A stretch of DNA of 64,000 nt from Solirubrobacterales bacterium (lineage in GTDB: Bacteria; Actinomycetota; Thermoleophilia; Solirubrobacterales; 70-9), in contig DATAMR010000007.1 in the NCBI GenBank assembly GCA_036260485.1, forward strand, positions 691 through 64,690, given 5' to 3'. Made by a program: the position numbers and the translations under genes. Shown here in pieces: positions 58,571-64,000 of this stretch. The stretch's first letter is position 1, and each line of letters begins with the position of its first letter. The notes under the pieces are model-generated. The model searched no databases. It was not told where the DNA came from and saw nothing but the letters and a program-made list of their open reading frames with translations.

Positions 58571-60202
58571 TCATGACGTCATTCCTTTTTCCTCCGTCTG
58601 CACCTTTGCCTCCTGCTGCTCCGGCGGTCGATTGACCCGGGTCATGTACATCAGCAGCATGAGACTGTTGACAATCGCCAGCCCGAGCAGAAGCCACAGG
58701 CTCGGATGCTGGTAGGTCCAACCAGTACAAACACTTTCGACCGTATGACCGGGCCGTGCCGCCACCGTGCTGCAGTTGGTGCCGGCGGCGAGGTTCAGAG
58801 CGGCCAGAAGTGGCCACACCCCCGAGAAGGTGGCCAGCATCCGCAAGCCGAACACCGCCTCGTTGGTTGCGGGCTGGGAGATAGGCCTGGCGATATACGC
58901 GGCCAGCACGGCCGGCGCCAACAAGAGGACGCTTATCGCGGCGCCGACGTTCTCCAAAAGCGGGTCGGAAAAAGCGCAGATGACACCGAGCACGATCACC
59001 GAGAGCACGCTCGCCATCAAACCGGTCCGGACGATGGTGAAGCCGCGTGGCCTCGCGGCGACCTCGACGAATCCGGACTCGTTTACCCGTGAGTAGAGGT
59101 GCACCCGCTGGCGACTCGCGGTGCACTGGTCCACCAGGCGAGGCTCGATCACCTGGCCGCTATCCGTCCGCCTTTCGTTGGTCCAGAGTTGGGCCAGGGT
59201 GATCTGAAGGCCTTCGGCGGCCTCGACCTCAAAGTGGTACATACCCGCTTCTCCCATCAAGGGAGTACGGATGCGCGATGCCATCGGCCACCACCCGATC
59301 CCGCGGGCCAACCACACGACCCATGACCGGTAGCGAACCCCCTCGGGGGGCTTCCCGGCGATCACTCTCGCCCAGGCCCGCACAAACGGCCGCAGCAGTC
59401 CCGGCAGCTTCAGTCTCGGCTGATCCCCGTGCTCCTCAAACGTGTACTTGAGGATTCGCCTGACTCCCACCTCTCCCACCAGGGGAACCACCAGGAGGAA
59501 AAGGTTCGAAAAGAGATCCAGTGCTTTCATGAACTCCGAATCGCCGGCAAGGAAGTCACGCCACCGAATCGATTTCTCACTCATCTGGGCATGGCAGCGC
59601 TGGTTTTCGATCCGCTCGCGAGCTCGTTGCGGGGTGCGCGGGTCGCCCGCGACAACAGCCTTCAGATCCTTGATGACGTCTTCTGGGATCGGGAAGGCGG
59701 ATTTTGGAAGCGGACTCTCCGGAGATCTCGCCAATGCTTCTCCCAGCACCACGAGGACAGACAGGGAGACGGCCGAGTTCTGGTGGTAGGTAAGAATCGG
59801 CATCGCCTTGCCGGTCTCGTCCATCAGGCTGAACTTCACCATCGGTTCCTTGCGCATGAAGGTGAGTGGGACAAGGTGAACCTCCTCCCCGTCGCCATTC
59901 ATCCCGATCGGCCTGCTGGGCCCGAGCATGAAGTCAACGCTCACCCGCCGCTCGGTCACAACAGGGTCCGAGACCGAGACCGACTCCACTCGCCGGTGGA
60001 TCCACTCGTCCCTTTTTCGCAGTAGCCGCAGGACGATCGCCCCCATCACCCGATCGCATACCGCTTGACCGCGCAGCGCCTCGTTAAGGACCAGGGGCTT
60101 TTCCTCCTGGCGCGTACGGCGCTTGGAGTTCACGGAACCGCCGAATCGACGCTTGGGGAATCGTCCCCTCCCCTGCCTCAATTTCCCCCCCAATCTGGTC
60201 AC
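58571..60202 (-). CDS. ORFan: about 380-aa soluble domain followed by four C-terminal TM segments
   Basis: 543-aa ORF with an uncertain start (GTG 60202, GTG 60133 or ATG 60046). GC is lower than the flanks. I recognise no motif (no Walker A, no catalytic signature). Confidence 0.6.
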   Translation of the reverse strand: MTRLGGKLRQGRGRFPKRRFGGSVNSKRRTRQEEKPLVLNEALRGQAVCDRVMGAIVLRLLRKRDEWIHRRVESVSVSDPVVTERRVSVDFMLGPSRPIGMNGDGEEVHLVPLTFMRKEPMVKFSLMDETGKAMPILTYHQNSAVSLSVLVVLGEALARSPESPLPKSAFPIPEDVIKDLKAVVAGDPRTPQRARERIENQRCHAQMSEKSIRWRDFLAGDSEFMKALDLFSNLFLLVVPLVGEVGVRRILKYTFEEHGDQPRLKLPGLLRPFVRAWARVIAGKPPEGVRYRSWVVWLARGIGWWPMASRIRTPLMGEAGMYHFEVEAAEGLQITLAQLWTNERRTDSGQVIEPRLVDQCTASRQRVHLYSRVNESGFVEVAARPRGFTIVRTGLMASVLSVIVLGVICAFSDPLLENVGAAISVLLLAPAVLAAYIARPISQPATNEAVFGLRMLATFSGVWPLLAALNLAAGTNCSTVAARPGHTVESVCTGWTYQHPSLWLLLGLAIVNSLMLLMYMTRVNRPPEQQEAKVQTEEKGMTS

Positions 60203-60207
60203 TCAAA

Positions 60208-60226
60208 GGAGTCCGGCGCCGGCTCC
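60208..60226 (-). terminator. Candidate terminator after the GGDEF-HD-GYP gene
   Basis: GGAGTC-cggcgcc-GGCTCC stem (6 bp including one G-T), followed on the minus strand by TTTGAGT. Confidence 0.3.
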
Positions 60227-60277
60227 ATGGTCAAGAGCAAGTGACTTCTACACTATTTTCAAGCGACCAGGCGTGGA

Positions 60278-62338
60278 CTACCCGGAGGGGGCGACAGTCC
60301 TGGCGGGCGCTTGAACTGCCGGCGAGCCGTAGCGCTCGCGCTCGAGGGCGGGGATCACCTTCTCGGTGAACGTCTTGACCAGCTGCGGGTCGAACTGGGT
60401 GCCGGCGCCGGCGGCGAGCTCGGCGAGCGCCTGCTCGTTGCTGCGCGCCGCCCGGAAGGGGCGGCCTTCGGTCATCGCGTTGTAGGCGTCGCAGATCAGG
60501 ATCACGCGGGAGCCGAGGGGAATGTCGCGGCCGGCGAGGCCGTCGGGGTAGCCGCTGCCGTCCCAGCGCTCGTGGGTCGAGCGGACCAGCTTCGCCACCT
60601 CGCCTAGGGCGGGGGCGGCTTCGAGGACGCGCTGGCCGATCAGCGGGTGCTTGCGCATCAGCTTCCACTCGTCGTCGGTCAGGTCGCCGTCCTTGTGGAG
60701 GATCTCGTCGGGAATCGCGATCTTGCCGATGTCGTGCAGCTCCGCGGCGCGGACGAGCACGTCGCGCTCTTCGCCGTCGAGCGAGACCTGGCGGCCGAAG
60801 GTTGCGGCGAGCTGGGCGACGCCGTCGAGGTGGCGCTCGAGCTCGGGCTCGCGCTCGTGCAGGACGCGGAGCAGGACGCCGCGGGTCTGGCTGCTGGCGG
60901 AGTCGGCGCGGCGACCCTTCTGCGCGTACATCCGCCGGTCGGCGATCCGCAGCGCGTCGCTGGCGTTGACGACCTCAGCCGGGATCAGCACCTTGCCCCA
61001 GGAGGCGCCGATCGAGAAGCCGCGGCCGCGGTCGGAGAGCGCGTCCTCGGCGGTGTGGCAGATCGTTTCGGCCGAGAGGGTGCGGGTCGAGGCGAGGACG
61101 CAGAACTCGTCGCCGCCGAGGCGGTAGCCGTGGCCGTAGGGAGCCATCGCCTCGTCCAGCTCGCCGCCGAGGCGGCGCAGCAGGTCGTCGCCGGCGGGAT
61201 GGCCGAAGCTGTCGTTGTAGGCCTTGAAACCGTCGAGGTCATAGAGAGCGAGGACCATCGACTCCGGCGGGGTGGCCGAGAAGGCGCGCTCGAGGTCGGC
61301 CATCAGCGCCCGGCGGTTGGCGAGGCCGGTGAGGGCGTCGGTGACCGCTTCCTCCCGGCTCGCGGCGAGCATCTGGCGGTTCTGGTCGAAGGTGATGACG
61401 AGGCGGACGAGGACCGCGAACAGGCAGGCGACGCCGAGGGCGACCGCGGGCGCCCCGATCGCGACGAAGCTGCCGACCGCCAGCAGGGAGACGCCGACCA
61501 GCGCCATCAGGATCGGGGCGACGATCCGGCGATCGTCGGCGCGGGCGACCTCGGCGCCCGACTCGGTCGCCGGCAGCCAGGAGGCGAGCGCGAGGAGGAG
61601 GAAGGCCAGCGGCCAGCCGACGCTGGCGAGGTTGAGGGCGAAGGTCGACTGTCCGCCGACCGAGAGGTAGACGACGTCGCAGGCGCCGAACAGCAGCAGC
61701 GCCGCCGCGATCAGCAGCCAGGTCCCCCCGATCCGCCATTTCGACGCGGCGACCGCGCCGCTGAGCAGACCGAGCAGGACCAGGTCCATGCACGGGTAGG
61801 CGAGGCTGACCGCGACCCCCAGCGGGCTGCCGCCGAGGGCTTCGAGGACCGGCGGGAAGATCAGCGCCGCAGCGACCCCGGCGACCGCCAGGGCCCCGAT
61901 CAGGCCGTCGACCCAGGCCAGCGGCTCGAGGTGGGCGACCCTGGCGCGCAGGAGGAAGACGATCGCGACGAAGCTGGCGGGATAGAAAGAGAGGAAGAGG
62001 ACGTCCGCCGGCGAGGGAAACGGCGCCGGGCTCGCGTAATAGAGGACGACGGAGTAGTAGGTCTGGCCCAGCGCCCAGAGCAGCAGGCCGCCGCCGAGCC
62101 AGAGCCAGGCCTTGCGCTCGGCCTCGATCCTCGCCGCCCGCCAGAGGACGATCGCCGCGGCGCCGAGGACGACGGCGTCGTAGACCCAGCGTCCGACCGC
62201 GTCCTGCAGCGATTCGCCGCCGAGCGTCCAGAGGATGACCGCCGCGTACAGCGAGAGCAGGCCCGCGAGGAGGGCAACAGCGACAAACGCGATTTTGCGC
62301 GACCGATCGGGCCGCTTAGACGATTTGTCCACCGCCAC
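60278..62338 (-). CDS. Membrane sensor with about 10 TM segments + GGDEF diguanylate cyclase + HD-GYP phosphodiesterase domains
   Basis: GTG start. LTGLANRR ... RLGGDEFCVL is an intact GGDEF. HDIGKIAIPDEIL ... THERWDGSGYPDGL is the HD-GYP. Confidence 0.9.
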   Translation of the reverse strand: MAVDKSSKRPDRSRKIAFVAVALLAGLLSLYAAVILWTLGGESLQDAVGRWVYDAVVLGAAAIVLWRAARIEAERKAWLWLGGGLLLWALGQTYYSVVLYYASPAPFPSPADVLFLSFYPASFVAIVFLLRARVAHLEPLAWVDGLIGALAVAGVAAALIFPPVLEALGGSPLGVAVSLAYPCMDLVLLGLLSGAVAASKWRIGGTWLLIAAALLLFGACDVVYLSVGGQSTFALNLASVGWPLAFLLLALASWLPATESGAEVARADDRRIVAPILMALVGVSLLAVGSFVAIGAPAVALGVACLFAVLVRLVITFDQNRQMLAASREEAVTDALTGLANRRALMADLERAFSATPPESMVLALYDLDGFKAYNDSFGHPAGDDLLRRLGGELDEAMAPYGHGYRLGGDEFCVLASTRTLSAETICHTAEDALSDRGRGFSIGASWGKVLIPAEVVNASDALRIADRRMYAQKGRRADSASSQTRGVLLRVLHEREPELERHLDGVAQLAATFGRQVSLDGEERDVLVRAAELHDIGKIAIPDEILHKDGDLTDDEWKLMRKHPLIGQRVLEAAPALGEVAKLVRSTHERWDGSGYPDGLAGRDIPLGSRVILICDAYNAMTEGRPFRAARSNEQALAELAAGAGTQFDPQLVKTFTEKVIPALERERYGSPAVQAPARTVAPSG

Positions 62339-62393
62339 TACATCGGCCGGTTTTTTTAATCACTTGAGCGTCGCGGCAGCGCCCCCTCGCCGG

Positions 62394-64000
62394 CTACGGG
62401 CCGATCACCTGGACGATCGACCCTTCGGCGGGCTCGTAGTCCGAGCTGCCGTTGTAGCGGGCGACGACTTCGTGAGTCCCGGGCGCGAGCGATTTCAGCG
62501 GGTAGCTGGCGCTGCCACTGGAGAGAGGCACCGTCGCCAGGACGGCTTTGCCCTCGAGGAAGGTCACGGTTCCGGTGGGTGCGCCGCCGCCCGGGGCCTG
62601 CGCTTTCACGGTCGCTTTGATCGACGCCGAGGAGCCCGACGGCGCTGGGTTTTTGCCGCTGGTCACCGTCACCGCGGTCGCCGCCTTGGTCACCGCCTGT
62701 TCGAGTCCCGCCCCGCTCGGCTCGTAGCCGGGGTCGCCGCTGTAGCTGGCGGTGATCTGGTGCACGCCCGGCTCGAGCGATTTGAACGCGTATTTCGCCG
62801 TCGAGCCCGAGAGCGGGACGACGGCGAGGACGGTTTCGCCCTCGCGGAAGGTCACCGTCCCGGACGGCGTGCCGCCGCCAGGAGAGACCGCTTTGACCAC
62901 CGCTTTGAGGGTGCCGGAGGACCCGTAGGGGGCGGGGTTGAGGGTGCTGGTCAGGTCCAGCGTGGTTTCAGCCTTCGTCACCACCTGGGTGAGATCCCCC
63001 GAGGAGCCTTCGAATCCGGAGCCGCCTTCGTAAGTGGCGTGGATCGGGTAGCTGCCGGGCGTTAGCGCTTTCAGCGGGAATCTCGCGACCCCGGCCGAGA
63101 GCGGCACGCTCGCCAGCGCTTCTTCGCCATCCCAGAAGGTGACGACCCCGGTCGGCGTGGCGAGCGACGGCGCCGCGGCGTCGACGGTCGCCTTCAGCGT
63201 CCCGGCGGACCCGTACGGGGCGGGGTTGAGGGTGCTGGTCAGGTCCAGGGTGGTCTGCGCCGGCACGATGGTCTGCGTCAGCGGCGCGGATGCGCTCGCC
63301 AGGTAGTTAGGGTCGCCGCCGTAGGAGGCGGTGATCGCGTGGGGCCCGACCGGCAGCGATTTCAGCGGCAGGCTGGCGCTGGAGCCGGACATCTGCACGG
63401 TCGCGAGGACGGTTTCGCCGTCGCGGAAGGTCACCGTTCCGGCCGGGGTCCCGGTCCCCGGAGCGACCGCTTTCACCGTTGCTTTCAGGCTTCCCGACGC
63501 ACCGAAGGGAGCGGGCTCGAACGGGCTGGAGACGGTCACTTCGGTTTCCGCCTTATCGACCACCTGGATGACCGCTTCCGATTCGCCCGGGCCGTAGTAG
63601 GAATCTCCGCTGTAGCGGGCGAACACGGGATGTTTGCCGGCCCCGAGGGTGGTCGTGTTGAAGGTGGCGGTCCCTTTGCTGAGGTTGACGACGGCGAGAG
63701 TGTTGGAACCCTCGACGAAGGCGACGGTTCCCAGCGGAGTCGGTCCGCCCCCGAGCGGCGGCAGCACTTTCGCCGTGAAGGTGACTTTCTGCCCGCGCAC
63801 CGAGGGGTTCGGCGAGCTGGCGATGGCGACCGGCGGCGCGTGGTCTTCGACCACGACCGTGTTCGGGAAGCCCATTTCCACGACCTGACCGGCATCGAGG
63901 ATCGTCGAGTTGAGGGCGGCGTCGACCAGCCTGATTTCGGAGATGGTCCACGGACCGGTCTCGCTGGATTCTTCGAAGGGGACGGAGAGGAGATAGTCGC
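62394..64000 (-). CDS. Ig-like (Big_3_5-type) tandem-repeat surface protein; 5' end lies beyond the window
   Basis: At least five roughly 96-aa repeats (..P.G.VTF.[DE]G...LA.V.L..G.A...L..L..G.H.I.A.Y.GD..Y..S). The frame stays open upstream of 63881 to the window edge. Confidence 0.85.
   Translation of the reverse strand, partial: DYLLSVPFEESSETGPWTISEIRLVDAALNSTILDAGQVVEMGFPNTVVVEDHAPPVAIASSPNPSVRGQKVTFTAKVLPPLGGGPTPLGTVAFVEGSNTLAVVNLSKGTATFNTTTLGAGKHPVFARYSGDSYYGPGESEAVIQVVDKAETEVTVSSPFEPAPFGASGSLKATVKAVAPGTGTPAGTVTFRDGETVLATVQMSGSSASLPLKSLPVGPHAITASYGGDPNYLASASAPLTQTIVPAQTTLDLTSTLNPAPYGSAGTLKATVDAAAPSLATPTGVVTFWDGEEALASVPLSAGVARFPLKALTPGSYPIHATYEGGSGFEGSSGDLTQVVTKAETTLDLTSTLNPAPYGSSGTLKAVVKAVSPGGGTPSGTVTFREGETVLAVVPLSGSTAKYAFKSLEPGVHQITASYSGDPGYEPSGAGLEQAVTKAATAVTVTSGKNPAPSGSSASIKATVKAQAPGGGAPTGTVTFLEGKAVLATVPLSSGSASYPLKSLAPGTHEVVARYNGSSDYEPAEGSIVQVIGP

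Overview
Very GC-rich bacterial chromosomal DNA: third codon positions are almost uniformly G/C, GTG/TTG starts are frequent, and many genes share 4-nt start/stop overlaps. The gene content looks like Actinomycetota, possibly a deep-branching lineage, but that is inference only. I call 58 protein-coding genes, two of them running off the window edges. I found no rRNA, tRNA, CRISPR array, transposase or integrase. Layout: (1) 1-8.9 kb holds an F420/LLM oxidoreductase, a ferritin-like protein, a beta-carbonic anhydrase, an S9 peptidase, an OafA-type acyltransferase, a DUF559 protein and a type IB topoisomerase. (2) 8.9-15.8 kb is a stress/partner-switching neighbourhood. It contains a tightly coupled CsbD / coiled-coil / CDGSH / heme-oxygenase-like diiron enzyme / GT2 / MEDS-anti-sigma-kinase operon and an aeRF1/Vms1-like gene. 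(3) 16-19.8 kb holds a secreted His-rich PHM/Nod19-like protein, a DUF11/RTX protein, a DUF4396 gene behind a CsoR-type palindrome, and PhzF. (4) 19.8-24.6 kb is a partial leucine-catabolic operon with a divergent TetR. (5) 25.8-53.7 kb is the dominant feature: one minus-strand, translationally coupled operon of 19 (possibly 20) genes for assembly, decoration and export of a glycan. It has seven GT2 domains, one GT4, four copies of a CgeB-like GT-B paralog, two tandem sulfotransferases, a methyltransferase, an MsbA-type exporter, a GH-GT2-membrane fusion, and an aminotransferase, kinase and deacetylase. Two recurrent roughly 110-aa modules that I cannot name are fused to many of these enzymes. 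I do not recognise this as a characterised locus, and it is my best candidate for an undescribed system (sulfated/methylated polysaccharide or glycoconjugate). (6) 53.8-58.2 kb is an acyl-CoA mutase/ACAD operon with two related intercistronic hairpins. (7) 58.2-60.3 kb is a lower-GC islet with two ORFans. (8) The right end holds a membrane GGDEF-HD-GYP protein and an Ig-like repeat protein. Separately, three 45-47-bp palindromic elements share a conserved 12-nt arm. All functional calls come from reading motifs by eye, with no database search.
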